DNA of 64,000 bases from an uncultured Acidobacteriota bacterium. GTDB lineage: Bacteria; Acidobacteriota; UBA6911. Under the pieces are notes generated by a model. That model was not told where the DNA came from, did no database searches, and worked only from the letters and a program-made list of their open reading frames with translations. Made by a program: the position numbers and the translations under genes. Below are positions 37,969-49,327 of the stretch, in pieces (position 1 is the stretch's first letter; each line of letters starts with the position of its first letter). The stretch covers positions 32,001 through 96,000 of the forward strand of contig CAWEJX010000005.1 of the NCBI GenBank assembly GCA_963809485.1, read 5' to 3'.

Positions 37969-39105
37969 ATGAAAGCAATGCTCATACTGGAAGATGGTCG
38001 TATGTTCGCAGGCCAGGCATTCGGCTCTCGGGGCGAAACTGCCGGTGAAGTGGTTTTCAACACGTCCTTGGCCGGGTACCAGGAGATTCTCACCGATCCG
38101 TCCTACGCGGGCCAGATCGTCGTCATGACTTACCCGCACATCGGCAATTACGGGACCAACGCCGACGATGAGGAATCGCGGCGGCCCTATGTCGAAGGGT
38201 TCGTGGCGCGCGAGTTCAGCTCCGTCTCATCGAACTGGCGCTCGAGCGAGGACCTCGATGCCTATCTCAAGCGGCATAATATCGTATCAATTTCCGGCGT
38301 GGACACGCGTGCCGTCGTGTTGCACATACGCAGCCGGGGCGCCATGCGCGGAGTCATAAGCTCCCTGGACACCGATCCGGACCGCCTGGTTGCGCGCGCC
38401 CGGTCCATCCCCAACATGCTGGGATGCGACCTGGCCTCCTCGGTATCCTGTACGAAGCCCTATGAGATCGCCGGCTCATCGGAGGAGCCGGACGCGGTGC
38501 GATTCAGGGTTGTGGCCTACGACTACGGGATCAAGCGCAATATCCTGAACAACCTCGCCGGGGCCGGCTGCAATGTGACGGTCGTGCCGGCCCGGACATC
38601 CGCGGAGGATGTGCTGGCACTCGGCCCTGACGGCGTCTTCCTGTCCAACGGGCCCGGGGATCCCGAACCCCTGGAGTATGCTGTTTCCAATATACGCAGC
38701 CTTCTCGGCCGCGTGCCCGTTTTCGGGATATGCCTCGGGCATCAGCTGATGGGACTGGCGTTCGGAGGAAAGACCTTCAAGCTGAAGTTCGGCCACCGGG
38801 GAGGGAACCAGCCGGTGAAAAACCTGCTCACGGGCCGCGTCGAGATCACCGCCCAGAACCACGGTTTTGCCGTGGACCCGGACTCGCTCGACACGCGTCA
38901 GGTGGAATGGACGCACATCAACCTGAACGATCAGACCCTGGAAGGAATACGGCACCGCAGCCTGCCGGCCTTCTCCGTCCAGTACCATCCCGAAGCTTCT
39001 CCCGGCCCTCACGATTCCCACTACCTTTTCGAAGAATTTATGAACCTGATGCTGCAATTCCGGAAGCCTCCATGCCCAAGCGAACCGACCTCGAAAAAAT
39101 CCTGA
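37969..39105 (+). CDS. carA: Carbamoyl-phosphate synthase small subunit
   Basis: [40 protein letters not shown]. Confidence 0.97.
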   Translation: MKAMLILEDGRMFAGQAFGSRGETAGEVVFNTSLAGYQEILTDPSYAGQIVVMTYPHIGNYGTNADDEESRRPYVEGFVAREFSSVSSNWRSSEDLDAYLKRHNIVSISGVDTRAVVLHIRSRGAMRGVISSLDTDPDRLVARARSIPNMLGCDLASSVSCTKPYEIAGSSEEPDAVRFRVVAYDYGIKRNILNNLAGAGCNVTVVPARTSAEDVLALGPDGVFLSNGPGDPEPLEYAVSNIRSLLGRVPVFGICLGHQLMGLAFGGKTFKLKFGHRGGNQPVKNLLTGRVEITAQNHGFAVDPDSLDTRQVEWTHINLNDQTLEGIRHRSLPAFSVQYHPEASPGPHDSHYLFEEFMNLMLQFRKPPCPSEPTSKKS

Positions 39106-42100
39106 TCATAGGGTCCGGTCCGATCATCATTGGGCAAGCCTGCGAATTTGATTATTCCGGCACTCAAGCCTGCAAAGCCCTTCAGAGCGAAGGGTACGAA
39201 GTTGTCCTGGTGAATTCCAATCCCGCCACCATCATGACGGATCCCGACCTGGCGGACCGGACGTATATCGAGCCCCTTACCGCCGCGTCGATCGGCGCCA
39301 TCATCGCCCGGGAGCGCCCCGACGCCCTGTTGCCCACCGTCGGAGGCCAGACCGGCCTGAATGTTTCCGTCGACTTGGCCAGGTCCGGCGTACTGGATTA
39401 CTACGGCGTTGAAATGATCGGGGCGAAGCTCGGCGCCGTTGAGGTCGCTGAAGACCGGCAGCTGTTCAAAGACGCCATGACCGAAATCGGCCTGAATTCC
39501 GCCCGCTCCCGGGTTGTGAGGAGCCTGGCTGAGGCCAGGGCATGCCTTCCGGCCGTCGGGCTTCCCGCCATCATCCGGCCGAGTTTCACTCTGGGAGGTT
39601 TCGGGGGAGGGACCGCTTTCAACGCCGAGGAATTCGAGGCGATTGTCGCGCGGGGGCTGGACATATCTCCCGTACACGAAGTGCTGGTCGAGCAATCCCT
39701 CATCGGCTGGAAGGAATTCGAGCTGGAAGTGATGAGGGATCTTGCCGACAACGTGGTCATCATCTGCTCGATCGAAAACTTCGATCCCATGGGCGTTCAC
39801 ACCGGGGATTCCATCACGGTGGCGCCTGCGCAGACCCTCACCGACAAAGAGTATCAGCGCATGCGCGACGCCGCCATACGCATCATCCGCAAAGTGGGAG
39901 TGGAAACCGGCGGCTCCAACATACAGTTCGCCGTCAATCCGTTGAACGGGGAACTGATCGTCATCGAGATGAATCCGCGCGTTTCCCGAAGCTCGGCGCT
40001 GGCCTCCAAGGCGACCGGCTTTCCCATCGCGAAAATTGCCGCCAAACTGGCTGTGGGCCTGACGCTGGACGAAATCCCCAACGACATCACCCGGAAGACT
40101 CCCGCCAGCTTCGAGCCCACGATCGATTATGTCGTCGTCAAAATTCCGAAGTGGAATTTTGAAAAGTTCAAGGATACCGATCCCACGCTGGGCACCCAGA
40201 TGAAATCGGTCGGGGAAGTCATGGCGATCGGAAGAACCTTCAAGGAGGCTCTCTTGAAGGGAGTGCGCTCGCTGGAGAGGGGCAAAAGCCTGGCGACGGA
40301 AAAAATCCAGCCGGACAAGCTGGACTACTTTCTGCTCACTCCCCTGCAGGAAAGGCTGGCGCACGTTCACTACGCGCTTGCGATCGGTCAGACGCCGGAA
40401 GAGATACACCGGCAGACAAAGATCGATCCGTGGTTTTTAAACCAGCTCCGGGAAATTGTCGACCTGGAGCAGCGGCTGCAGAAGGTCACGCTGGAAGAAC
40501 TGCCTGCGGAGCTGTTGCGGGAATGCAAGCGATCCGGCTTCTCGGATCAGAATATCTCGGAGTTCCTGAAGCCTTCCGGTGGCGGAACGGTCTCCACGGA
40601 CCAGGTGATGCAGCGGCGCCGGAAAGAGGGAATCCACCCGGTATACAAGCGTGTCGACACCTGCGCCGCGGAATTCGAGTCGCACACGCCCTATCTGTAT
40701 TCCACGTACGAAAGCGAATGCGAAGCCCGGCCGAGCGGCGCGAAAAAGATCATGGTGCTGGGGAGCGGCCCCAACCGGATCGGCCAGGGGATCGAGTTCG
40801 ACTACTGCTGCTGCCACGCCTCGTTCGCCCTGAAAGAAGCCGGTTTTGAAACCATCATGGTGAACTGCAACCCGGAAACGGTTTCGACCGATTACGACAC
40901 CTCCGACCGTCTTTATTTCGAGCCGCTGACCTTCGAAGACGTGATGGAGATCGTGGAGGTCGAGAAGCCCGACGGCGTGATCGTCCAGTTCGGGGGGCAG
41001 ACGCCCCTGAACCTCGCGCTCAAATTGCGCGCAGCCGGCGTTCCCGTGATCGGCACGTCGCCGGAGAATATCGACCTGGCCGAGGACCGCAAACGCTTCG
41101 GACAATTGCTGACCGATCTCGGGATCCCCCAGCCGGTCAACGGCACGGCCATGAGTCTGGAAGACGCCCGCGCGGTCGCGGCCGAAATCGGCTACCCGGT
41201 CCTGGTCCGTCCTTCCTATGTGCTCGGCGGGCGGGCGATGTCGATTGTCTATGACCGGGCTTCGCTGGACGATTACATGACCACGGCCGTCGAGGCTTCG
41301 CCCGAGCGTCCTGTGCTGGTCGACAAGTTTCTCGAAAACGCCGCCGAATACGACGTCGACGCCCTGTGCGACGGTGAGCACGTAATCATTGCCGGCGTTA
41401 TGGAGCACATCGAGGAAGCGGGCATACACAGCGGCGACAGCACCTGCATCCTGCCGCCCATCGCGATCGATCGCGGGCTGCTCGAGCGCATGAAAGGATA
41501 CGCGAGGACGCTGGGCAACGCCCTGCACGTCGTCGGGCTGATGAACATCCAGTTCGCCGTCCAGCGCGACGTGGTCTACGTGCTGGAAGTGAATCCGCGG
41601 GCTTCGCGCACCGTGCCGTACGTCAGCAAGGCCACGGGCGTTCCGCTGGCCAAGATTGCGGCGCGCGTCATGACGGGCGAAAAGCTTGCCGCCCTGGGCT
41701 TGAGAGAGGACCTGCGGGTGCGGCACTGCTTCGTCAAGTCTCCGGTTTTCCCGTTCAACAAGTTCCCCGGCGTCGACACCATTCTCGGCCCGGAGATGAA
41801 ATCCACAGGCGAAGTGATGGGCGTGGCGGAAAGCTTCGGGATCGCTTTCGCGAAAGCGCAGATGGCTGCTGGCGTCCGTCTGCCCCGGGACGGGACGGTG
41901 TTTGTCAGTGTCAACGACAGGGACAAGGAAGGAGTGCTTCCGATTGCGCGGGACCTGAAGGCTCTCGGCTTTCACATTCTGGCCACAAGCGGGACTCAGC
42001 AGTTTCTGGAGCGCAACGGTGTCGCGTCGGAGCGCATCTTCAAAGCCGGGGAGGGCAGGCCCAACGTCATCGACCGGATCAAAAGCAGGAAAATCGATTT

Positions 42101-42314
42101 GATCATCAATACGCCCTGGGGAGGGCAGTCGCGCAACGAGGGGAAGGCGATCCGGCGCGCAGCCACTCAATTCGGCGTCGCCTGCATCACGACACTTTCC
42201 GGCGCCGCGGCGGCGGCCAACGCCATACGCACGATGCGCCGCGAAAAGCTCATGGCCCGCAGCCTCCAGGAATACCACGCACTCAGTACGGAGCAAAGGC
42301 CAGAAATATCATAA
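39072..42314 (+). CDS. carB: Carbamoyl-phosphate synthase large subunit
   Basis: [29 protein letters not shown]; duplicated ATP-grasp; C-terminal MGS domain. Confidence 0.97.
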   Translation: MPKRTDLEKILIIGSGPIIIGQACEFDYSGTQACKALQSEGYEVVLVNSNPATIMTDPDLADRTYIEPLTAASIGAIIARERPDALLPTVGGQTGLNVSVDLARSGVLDYYGVEMIGAKLGAVEVAEDRQLFKDAMTEIGLNSARSRVVRSLAEARACLPAVGLPAIIRPSFTLGGFGGGTAFNAEEFEAIVARGLDISPVHEVLVEQSLIGWKEFELEVMRDLADNVVIICSIENFDPMGVHTGDSITVAPAQTLTDKEYQRMRDAAIRIIRKVGVETGGSNIQFAVNPLNGELIVIEMNPRVSRSSALASKATGFPIAKIAAKLAVGLTLDEIPNDITRKTPASFEPTIDYVVVKIPKWNFEKFKDTDPTLGTQMKSVGEVMAIGRTFKEALLKGVRSLERGKSLATEKIQPDKLDYFLLTPLQERLAHVHYALAIGQTPEEIHRQTKIDPWFLNQLREIVDLEQRLQKVTLEELPAELLRECKRSGFSDQNISEFLKPSGGGTVSTDQVMQRRRKEGIHPVYKRVDTCAAEFESHTPYLYSTYESECEARPSGAKKIMVLGSGPNRIGQGIEFDYCCCHASFALKEAGFETIMVNCNPETVSTDYDTSDRLYFEPLTFEDVMEIVEVEKPDGVIVQFGGQTPLNLALKLRAAGVPVIGTSPENIDLAEDRKRFGQLLTDLGIPQPVNGTAMSLEDARAVAAEIGYPVLVRPSYVLGGRAMSIVYDRASLDDYMTTAVEASPERPVLVDKFLENAAEYDVDALCDGEHVIIAGVMEHIEEAGIHSGDSTCILPPIAIDRGLLERMKGYARTLGNALHVVGLMNIQFAVQRDVVYVLEVNPRASRTVPYVSKATGVPLAKIAARVMTGEKLAALGLREDLRVRHCFVKSPVFPFNKFPGVDTILGPEMKSTGEVMGVAESFGIAFAKAQMAAGVRLPRDGTVFVSVNDRDKEGVLPIARDLKALGFHILATSGTQQFLERNGVASERIFKAGEGRPNVIDRIKSRKIDLIINTPWGGQSRNEGKAIRRAATQFGVACITTLSGAAAAANAIRTMRREKLMARSLQEYHALSTEQRPEIS

Positions 42315-42460
42315 ATCAGGAAAAAGGCGAATTTCGAATATGGAATGTCGAACCGCAGAAGTCAGTCGAAATTCATAATTCTGCATTCGGCAGTCAGCTG
42401 TTCATAAAGCTGCAAAGATATTTGTGGCGCAGGAAAGCGCACAAATCAGTCTTATATTAC

Positions 42461-42770
42461 TAATTAGTTTCTGTCGCGAAACTCGGGTTTTGTGAAAAAG
42501 CCAAATTTTTCAACCGTCAATAGGATATTTGATATTACATAGAAGCCGATAATTGGAGTCAGGCCGCGTAGCGGCCAGCTGAATTTAGCCAGGCCTTTTA
42601 AGGCCTGGATCGAAAGGAGTTAAGTTTTCCGTCGCGTAGCGACGGCTGAATCTCAGGCGTCGCTACGCGACGCGCTGCTCGCTGTACCATGGTTCCCGGC
42701 CTTGAAAGGCCGGGCTAAAATCATAGTGCCGCTACGCGGCACAAACCAGTTTCGCGACAGGAACTAATTA
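42461..42770. mobile_element. Family B 310-bp cassette, copy 2 (interior inverted relative to copy 1)
   Basis: Same termini and polarity as 14392-14701; interior is the near-exact reverse complement. Confidence 0.85.
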
Positions 42771-42917
42771 AATTGGCAAAACACCCGGCACTGCCGGGGG
42801 ACTCATAGAGTTGGACAGCTGGGTATTTTATAACGCTGAGATACGCTGATAAAAGCGCTGACAAACGCCGATTTTGTCGGCGAGGGTTGGCGAGCAAAAG
42901 CCGATGAGGCGCTTCCG
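42771..42917 (+). mobile_element. Family A element, left part only
   Basis: Left hairpin, ACGCYGA array and left arm of the outer IR, then truncated. Confidence 0.75.
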
Positions 42918-43016
42918 GTGGTATTTTCAGGGCATTTCAGGGACCGACATTTGAAATGAGGTTTAAGATTGACGCAGATCTTTTATCTTTTATCGGTTGC
43001 CGGCTGCGGGGATTAT

Positions 43017-43976
43017 TCAGGCTAGCCCAAAATACCTCGGGCGCTCCCGGATGTCCTTTTCGAACTTGTCTATTATGGCCTCAGGTGTGTCGCAAAGCGG
43101 TTCCCATCCCCATTCTTTTCGGGCGCAGCTGTCATCAAATTTCCTACATACGGTAATGCCGGCCGGGCTTCCCGGAGGTCCGTAGGTGATCCTTGTGTCA
43201 GGGTAGCGTTTTTTGAGGGCGGCCTGAAGCTCATTGAGCGGAAGCGCTTCGGGAATGCCCGAAACGCAATAATTCACCATCTTGATTTCGCTTTTGGGAG
43301 CCAGCAGTACCATGTCCGCGGCCCTGGCGGCGTCGGTCATATATATAAGGGGCGCGCCGGGGTCGCCCGGCGATGCATAGACGCACTCGTGAGGCTTTCC
43401 CATGATCGCGTCCTGAATCATCCCCGGAACCCAGTGCCCGGGCGTGCGGACGTTGGGCCCGCAAGTCGAGGGGTAGCGGACCGAGCGGAAGTCGATGCCG
43501 AACTTCTTCATGTACCATCGGCCCAATCCTTCGCAGTAGAGTTTGCCGCAGCCATAAAGATTCGTCGGGCGCTGGATCGTGAGATCATCAACCACATCGG
43601 TAATTCCCAGCCCGTAGGTTCCCAGTGAACTGGTGAACATCACCTTTTCCACGTCGAAGAGTCTGGCCGCCTCCAGAACATTGTAGGTGCCGATAATGTT
43701 GACCTGAAAGGAAGCCCACGGATTGCTTTCGGACGCGAGAGTGAGCAGAGCCCCCATATGGTAGATTTCCGTGATCCTGTTAGCCTTGACCACATTGGCT
43801 ACCTCGGACCAGTTGCTCACATCCCCACGCACGACCTTCACCTGGTTTCTGATGTCTTCGATGCGGTATTCGGCAATCGCCACGTCGAACAGAACTACCT
43901 CTTCACCGCGCCTGGCGAGGATATGAGCCAGTTCGGCGCCGATATATCCCGTTCCTCCGGTGATGAGCTTCGCCAT
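43017..43976 (-). CDS. Extended SDR NAD-dependent epimerase/dehydratase (threonine-dehydrogenase-like)
   Basis: LITGGTGYIG, YGCGK, DFRSVRYP. Confidence 0.85.
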   Translation of the reverse strand: MAKLITGGTGYIGAELAHILARRGEEVVLFDVAIAEYRIEDIRNQVKVVRGDVSNWSEVANVVKANRITEIYHMGALLTLASESNPWASFQVNIIGTYNVLEAARLFDVEKVMFTSSLGTYGLGITDVVDDLTIQRPTNLYGCGKLYCEGLGRWYMKKFGIDFRSVRYPSTCGPNVRTPGHWVPGMIQDAIMGKPHECVYASPGDPGAPLIYMTDAARAADMVLLAPKSEIKMVNYCVSGIPEALPLNELQAALKKRYPDTRITYGPPGSPAGITVCRKFDDSCARKEWGWEPLCDTPEAIIDKFEKDIRERPRYFGLA

Positions 43977-44012
43977 TTCGGCACTCCTTCCGCTTTCTGC
44001 TGGTGACCTGGA

Positions 44013-44477
44013 TCAGGGCACAAAACCTCGCTTGTACAGCAATATCACAAGATCGGATTCGAGGATCGTCTGGCTGTCCTGATTCAGCACTGTGATACGG
44101 GTTGAAAGGACTCCACGATCGGGTTTGCTCGTCTCCTTCTTTCCCGTGATCCTCTGGATCGCCCTTATGGTGTCTCCGAACTTCACGGCTTTCCGGAAAC
44201 GGACGGTCACCTCAAGGATGGCAATGGAAGTGCCCTCGAAAGCGCCTGTCTGGTTCAGGAGCCCCGTGGCCATAGACAACACCAAAAGCCCATGGGCGAT
44301 CCTCGCTCCAATGGGACCCTTCCTGGCGTATTCTTCATTCATGTGCTCAGGCTGAAAATCCCCTGAAAGATGAGCGAAGTTGACTACATCCTCTTCCGTG
44401 ACCGTCCTGGTTCCGCTGATGATATCTTCATCGACGGCAAATTCTTCAAAAGTCCTGCCACGCAGCCTCTCAGGCAT
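44013..44477 (-). CDS. MaoC-family dehydratase
   Basis: RTVTEED...FAHLSGDFQPEH, RIAHG, V.FGDTI. Confidence 0.88.
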   Translation of the reverse strand: MPERLRGRTFEEFAVDEDIISGTRTVTEEDVVNFAHLSGDFQPEHMNEEYARKGPIGARIAHGLLVLSMATGLLNQTGAFEGTSIAILEVTVRFRKAVKFGDTIRAIQRITGKKETSKPDRGVLSTRITVLNQDSQTILESDLVILLYKRGFVP

Positions 44478-44544
44478 TCGCGCTTTCCTCCATACCAGTG
44501 ATTCATCCGGGTTGCCGCAAGGGCCCGTCCGCGACGGCTCTTCG

Positions 44545-45756
44545 TCAATTGATCGCCCCTTCGTCCTTAAGGCGGATTATGTCGTCCCAAGTGTAACCCG
44601 CCTCCAGCAGAATTTCTTCCGAGTGCTGACCGGCTTCAGGCGCGGGTCCTTTCACACTTGCTTCCGTCTCGCTGAACTTGACCGGGCTTGCCACCAGCCT
44701 GATTTCGCCTGCGCCGGGATGGTCGAGTTTTACGAAGAAGTTATTCGCGGCCGCCTGAGGATCTTTAAGGATTTCCGAGATAGTCTGCGCCCTGGAACTG
44801 ACCAGGCCATGCCTGTCAAGGATCTCGATCCACTCGGTGAGGCTTTTGCCGGCGAAGACTTCACTGATGATGGATATCAGGAACTCGTTGTTCTTTTGTC
44901 TTTGATCATCGGTGTCGAATCTGCTGTCATTCTGCAATTCCGGGCGTCCTATAGCTTTGCAGAACTCGGGCCAGTAGCGTTCGGACTGCATCATAGCCAG
45001 TTGCATCCAGCGCCCGTCGCTCGTCTGGTAGCTGTTCCAGATCGGGTTTTTCACTTTCAGCCGGTCGATGTTGGGAATTTCCTCTTTCTTGTATAGAGCA
45101 ACCTGAATGTCCTGATTCAGGGCCCACACGGCAGTCTGATAAAGCGAGAACGCCACCTTCTGTCCTTTGCCGGTTCTTTCTCTGGACAGGAGCGCCGCCA
45201 GGATGCCCGAGGTGATGCACATCGAAGTAATGCTGTCGCCGATGCCGGGGCGGTGGCTGGGGGGCACGCCATCCGGGGCGCCGAGTTTCGCCATAAGGCC
45301 TCCCCGGGACCAGAAGGCGGTGTAATCGTAGCCCGGCTTGTCGCTATCGGCTCCTGCCTCGCCATAACCGGTCAGGCTGGCATAGACCAGCTTCGGATTC
45401 CGTTTAATCAGAGTCTCGTAATCCATGCCCAACCTGTCCAAAACGCGGGATTGGAAATTGGATACGAAAACATCACAGTTCTCCACCAGGCGGTAGACAA
45501 TTTGCCGCCCCTGGTCAATGCGCAGGTTCACGCAAAGCCCCCGTTTCCCGCGGTTCAGCACCTCAAAAACGGGCACAATCGGACCTTGCATGGGAATCCC
45601 CTCGATGGACTTGATTCCACGCAAGGAATCGCCAACCCCGGGATCTTCGATCTTGATTACTTCGGCACCCCAATCCGACAGAATCGCGCAAGCGCAAGGG
45701 ACAGCTACCCAATGACCCAACTCGACAATTTTGATACCCTGAAGAGCGCCGGACAT
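44545..45756 (-). CDS. CaiB/BaiF family III CoA-transferase
   Basis: GAEVIKIE, NRGKR, KPGYD, GQHSEEIL. Confidence 0.92.
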   Translation of the reverse strand: MSGALQGIKIVELGHWVAVPCACAILSDWGAEVIKIEDPGVGDSLRGIKSIEGIPMQGPIVPVFEVLNRGKRGLCVNLRIDQGRQIVYRLVENCDVFVSNFQSRVLDRLGMDYETLIKRNPKLVYASLTGYGEAGADSDKPGYDYTAFWSRGGLMAKLGAPDGVPPSHRPGIGDSITSMCITSGILAALLSRERTGKGQKVAFSLYQTAVWALNQDIQVALYKKEEIPNIDRLKVKNPIWNSYQTSDGRWMQLAMMQSERYWPEFCKAIGRPELQNDSRFDTDDQRQKNNEFLISIISEVFAGKSLTEWIEILDRHGLVSSRAQTISEILKDPQAAANNFFVKLDHPGAGEIRLVASPVKFSETEASVKGPAPEAGQHSEEILLEAGYTWDDIIRLKDEGAIN

Positions 45757-45834
45757 TTTCTTCCTCCCATATTGTATAAAGCTGAATTTGCCGTTGATTG
45801 TCTGCCTTTCGGGGAACCAAAGTCAAAAGCTTTA

Positions 45835-45949
45835 GAGTTTAGAGTTCAGAGTTCCCAGTTTCCAGTTCCCAGTTGGGATTTGCCGGTTTCCGGTTATAGC
45901 TTATTGGAAAACTGGAAACTGGGAACTCTGAACTGGGAACTCTAAACTC
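45835..45949. repeat. 7-bp (AGTTYMG/AGTTYCC) tandem units forming an inverted repeat in the divergent intergenic gap
   Basis: gagtttagagttcagagttcccagtttccagttcccagtt ... aactggaaactgggaactctgaactgggaactctaaactc. Confidence 0.8.
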
Positions 45950-46007
45950 CAAACTGGGGCCGCAGGCGGAAGGGCATTTTGTGATATATTCGGGCGGAGG
46001 CTCATCT

Positions 46008-47354
46008 ATGACTCCAATCCACACGAATGGCAGGACGACGGTAGAAAAGGCGGCGCGGGCCGGCGCGACCGCATGGTATGCCGTCATCGTCTTGATGCTC
46101 TGCTACGCGCTTTCCTATGTCGACAGGCAGATCCTGGGCCTGTTGGTGCCGCAGATCAAAGCCGACCTTGGAATCAGCGACACCCTGATGGGTTTGCTGC
46201 AGGGATTTTCTTTCGCGCTTTTCTATGCCTTTATGGGCCTGCCGCTGGGAAGGATTGCGGATTTTACCAACCGGCGCAATCTCATTTCCATTTGCATCGC
46301 ATTCTGGAGCTTGTTCACCGCCGCATGCGCCGGCGCCAGAAGCTACGCGACCCTCTTCCTGGCGCGCATGGGTGTGGGAATCGGCGAGGCGGCTCTCAAT
46401 CCCTCCTCATACTCCATCCTCTCCGACTATTTTTCCAAAGAACGCCTCGGGTTGGCTTTGAGCGTGTATTATTTTGGCCAACTGCTCGGGTCCTCGCTGG
46501 CCTTGATCGTGGGCGGAACCGTCGTTCAGATTGTCGCCGGGAAACCCGACGTCACCCTGCCGGTGCTCGGAAGCATCGCCTCCTGGCGGCTCACCTTCCT
46601 GATCCTGGGTTTGCCGGGGCTCCTGTTTCCGTTTCTGCTTATGACAATCAAGGAGCCGGCGCGTAAAGATGTGCTGCGCACAGCCTCGGGAAGCGAAAAG
46701 CTGAGCTTGCGCGAGACGCTGGCTGAAGTGATGAAACGCTGGCAGTCGGTGGCGGGAATCTCGGTAGGTTTCATCTTCCACGGGGCCTGCAACTATGCCT
46801 TCAGCGCCTGGGTCCCGACCTACTTTCTACGCGCTCACGGCTGGAGTATAGGGGAAACCGGACGGGCCCTGGGATTCCTCGTCATTACATTCGGCTGTGC
46901 GGGATTGTACCTGGGAGGCTATTTGAGCGAGCGCTGGCAGCGGCGGGGGTATGTGGATGCTCCCCTCCGGGTGGCGATTCCATGCGCGATAGGCATCATC
47001 CTGTTCTTCGTTCCGGCGATGCTGATGCCGACGGCCGCCTGGTCGCTGGCGCTGATCGGCCCGGCAATCTTCTGCCTGGTGCTGCCGATGGGGACTGTGG
47101 GTGCAGCCCTGACGGTCATATTCCCCAATCAGGTGCGCGCCCAGGTGAGCGCGCTTTACCTGTTCATTCTGAACCTGGGCGGCTTGACCCTGGGGCCGCT
47201 TCTCCCGGGAGTGTTCACCGATTACGTGTTCAGAGATCCGAACATGCTGGGTCCATCGATTGCGATTACCATGGCGCTTAGCGGCGCAAGCATGCTGGCC
47301 ATCTATCTGGCGACCCTGCGGCCTTACCGGGCTCATTACCGGATGATGCAGTAA
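46008..47354 (+). CDS. MFS transporter (spinster-like)
   Basis: YVDRQI, GRIADFTNRR, ARMGVGIGEA; 12-TM pattern. Confidence 0.9.
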   Translation: MTPIHTNGRTTVEKAARAGATAWYAVIVLMLCYALSYVDRQILGLLVPQIKADLGISDTLMGLLQGFSFALFYAFMGLPLGRIADFTNRRNLISICIAFWSLFTAACAGARSYATLFLARMGVGIGEAALNPSSYSILSDYFSKERLGLALSVYYFGQLLGSSLALIVGGTVVQIVAGKPDVTLPVLGSIASWRLTFLILGLPGLLFPFLLMTIKEPARKDVLRTASGSEKLSLRETLAEVMKRWQSVAGISVGFIFHGACNYAFSAWVPTYFLRAHGWSIGETGRALGFLVITFGCAGLYLGGYLSERWQRRGYVDAPLRVAIPCAIGIILFFVPAMLMPTAAWSLALIGPAIFCLVLPMGTVGAALTVIFPNQVRAQVSALYLFILNLGGLTLGPLLPGVFTDYVFRDPNMLGPSIAITMALSGASMLAIYLATLRPYRAHYRMMQ

Positions 47355-47357
47355 TTG

Positions 47358-47643
47358 CATTGGTAATCCCCAGGTTTTGCCGGGGGATTCAAGGAGTTTG
47401 ACAGCTGTGCATTTTGAAACGCTGAGAAACGCTGACAAAAGCGCTGACAAACGCCGATTTGTTCGACGACGGTCGGCGAGCAAAAGCCGATGAGGCGCTT
47501 CCGATGGGGTTTTCTGCGGGGATCGGAAGCGCCTCATCGGCTTTTGCCCGCGTAAGTCAGCGTTCAGGACCGGCGGAACTCCTCCAACCGCTTTGAGCGG
47601 TTCAAATCTTTCAAGCTTCCGGCTTTGCCGGAGGTCCCTGACT
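47358..47643 (+). mobile_element. Family A element with the inner cassette deleted
   Basis: Outer IR retained; junction ttttctgcgg|ggatcgg at a CTGCGG microhomology. Confidence 0.8.
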
Positions 47644-47701
47644 CCGATCCGCTCGATTTGATTCGGCGTAGATTCACCGGCGGCATATGCGCCTCGGGTA
47701 T

Positions 47702-47750
47702 GGTGGAAGGTGGAACGTTTCACGTTGAAACGTTCAACGTTCAAACGTTC
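47702..47750. repeat. AACGTT array (family D)
   Basis: ggtggaaggtggaacgtttcacgttgaaacgttcaacgttcaaacgttc. Confidence 0.8.
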
Positions 47751-47775
47751 GCATTGCACCAGGCAAAATCTTCGG

Positions 47776-48219
47776 TCATTTTTTGGATTTGATCGGCGTT
47801 ACAGGGCTTTCTTTCGCGGACTTTTGTTTGCCGGGCATCTCCAGGAGGGGGAAAAGGTCGAAAGCCTGGTCGTGGTCGATGAGGTGGGCGCCTTCGGTGT
47901 GCAGGCGTACGAAGTGCGTGCAGTATTTCCGGCTTTCTTCGCCCATGCAGTGGTCCACGCAGAAAAGGTCCGTATCGGTGCAGTTGACGCACTCTCCCAG
48001 CGACACGCAAACCTTGGGTACGGCTATCTTGCAGGTGTTGCAGATTGTGAAGAGGTCCCGGCTGGCCATATAGTGCCGGCATTCTTCGAGGGCTTGATGG
48101 TTCTCGACAAATCCGAAAATCCGGCATCCCATGAAAATGTGCGGATGCGCCCCGTGATCGGCTTCAATCTGTTCGAGGCTTTCGTCCAGCCAATGAATGC
48201 AGTTCTTGCAGTGAATCAT
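47776..48219 (-). CDS. Cys/His-rich hypothetical protein, putative metal-binding
   Basis: CKNC, CNTC, CVNC, CVDHC among 12 Cys; co-oriented with the upstream TPR gene. Confidence 0.65.
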   Translation of the reverse strand: MIHCKNCIHWLDESLEQIEADHGAHPHIFMGCRIFGFVENHQALEECRHYMASRDLFTICNTCKIAVPKVCVSLGECVNCTDTDLFCVDHCMGEESRKYCTHFVRLHTEGAHLIDHDQAFDLFPLLEMPGKQKSAKESPVTPIKSKK

Positions 48220-48254
48220 AGGATTATTCGGGGCGGAAGCGACGCTGGTGTCGA

Positions 48255-49073
48255 TTACGGTGTATCCGCCGTATTCGCCACGCTGATTCCGACCAGTTCC
48301 GCAAATTCCCTGCGGCCTTGCAGGCTGGCGAAATCGGCGTCGTTTTTGGCGTAGATCCGGCTATCTTCATTTAAATCAATGGCTTTCCGCAGGTTCTCGA
48401 TTGATTCCGCCCAATCGCCCTTCATGGCCATGGAGGCTGCCATCGAGTAATAAATATAATCGGCATCCCTGTGGTTTTCCAGCGATTGCCGGAAATAGGC
48501 GATGGCCTGGTCGTAATTGGCCTTGTTGTGTTCCAGCACGCCCAGGGTGTAGAGCTGATCCTTGGTGATCTGCACCTTTTTCTGGGCGGCATCCTCACGA
48601 TCGCAGATCTGAAGATAACTGCGGGCACGCACCAGGATTTCGGTTTCCGAGGGATAGGCGTCAAGCAGCGAATTCAGTTCGTGGCGCGCCTTTTTGAAAT
48701 CCTTCCGGAAGATATGCTCAATCCCTTTTTCCATCAGCGCCAGAGCGGCTGCTGTGGTTTTGGTTTGACGCAGCAGGCGTGGCGGAGGTTCGGGAACCGC
48801 AGCAACACTGGCCTTCGGCGCAGCTTTCCTGGCTTCGGCTTCCACGGCCGGTTTTTCCTTATGAGCCCGGTGGCGGGCAGCAGGCAGCGCCTTTTTCCCG
48901 GTCCTGGCAACGGGCATGTGAACGGTTTTGCCGGAAGATGCTTTGCCTTTCAAACCCGGTTTTTTGTCGGAGGAGCCCGAAGCCGATTTGGATGAAGCTT
49001 TCTTCACCGGATGGCTAACCCCGTGAGATTTTTCTCCCCTGTTCTTGTTCCGCGCCAACGCCCTCGCCATCAA
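48255..49073 (-). CDS. TPR-repeat protein with basic low-complexity N-terminus (start uncertain)
   Basis: YTLGVLEHNKANYDQAIAYF, YYSMA...LRKAIDLN...AKNDADF. Confidence 0.8.
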   Translation of the reverse strand: MMARALARNKNRGEKSHGVSHPVKKASSKSASGSSDKKPGLKGKASSGKTVHMPVARTGKKALPAARHRAHKEKPAVEAEARKAAPKASVAAVPEPPPRLLRQTKTTAAALALMEKGIEHIFRKDFKKARHELNSLLDAYPSETEILVRARSYLQICDREDAAQKKVQITKDQLYTLGVLEHNKANYDQAIAYFRQSLENHRDADYIYYSMAASMAMKGDWAESIENLRKAIDLNEDSRIYAKNDADFASLQGRREFAELVGISVANTADTP

Positions 49074-49327
49074 TTACCCATAAGTCAATAAAGGTGAACA
49101 ACTTGTGCCGCATTCAATCTTTATCACAAAAATTTGACGTTATTATTAGGAGAATCCAGACGATAAGTCAAGTGCAAGATCTGGTTGAGACCCATAATCG
49201 GTATGTCACGCTCCGTAAAAAGGTTCCCATGAGCCCTCGGCACTCGAGAATACGGAAAACGCGAATGATCCGAGGGACGGGTCCCTATAAATTTCAATCT
49301 GTTAACCGTTTGACCCATTGTTGATAC

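Noticed and set aside
47776-48219. Multiheme cytochrome
   Set aside because: No CxxCH motif (CKNCIH is CxxCxH) and no signal peptide.
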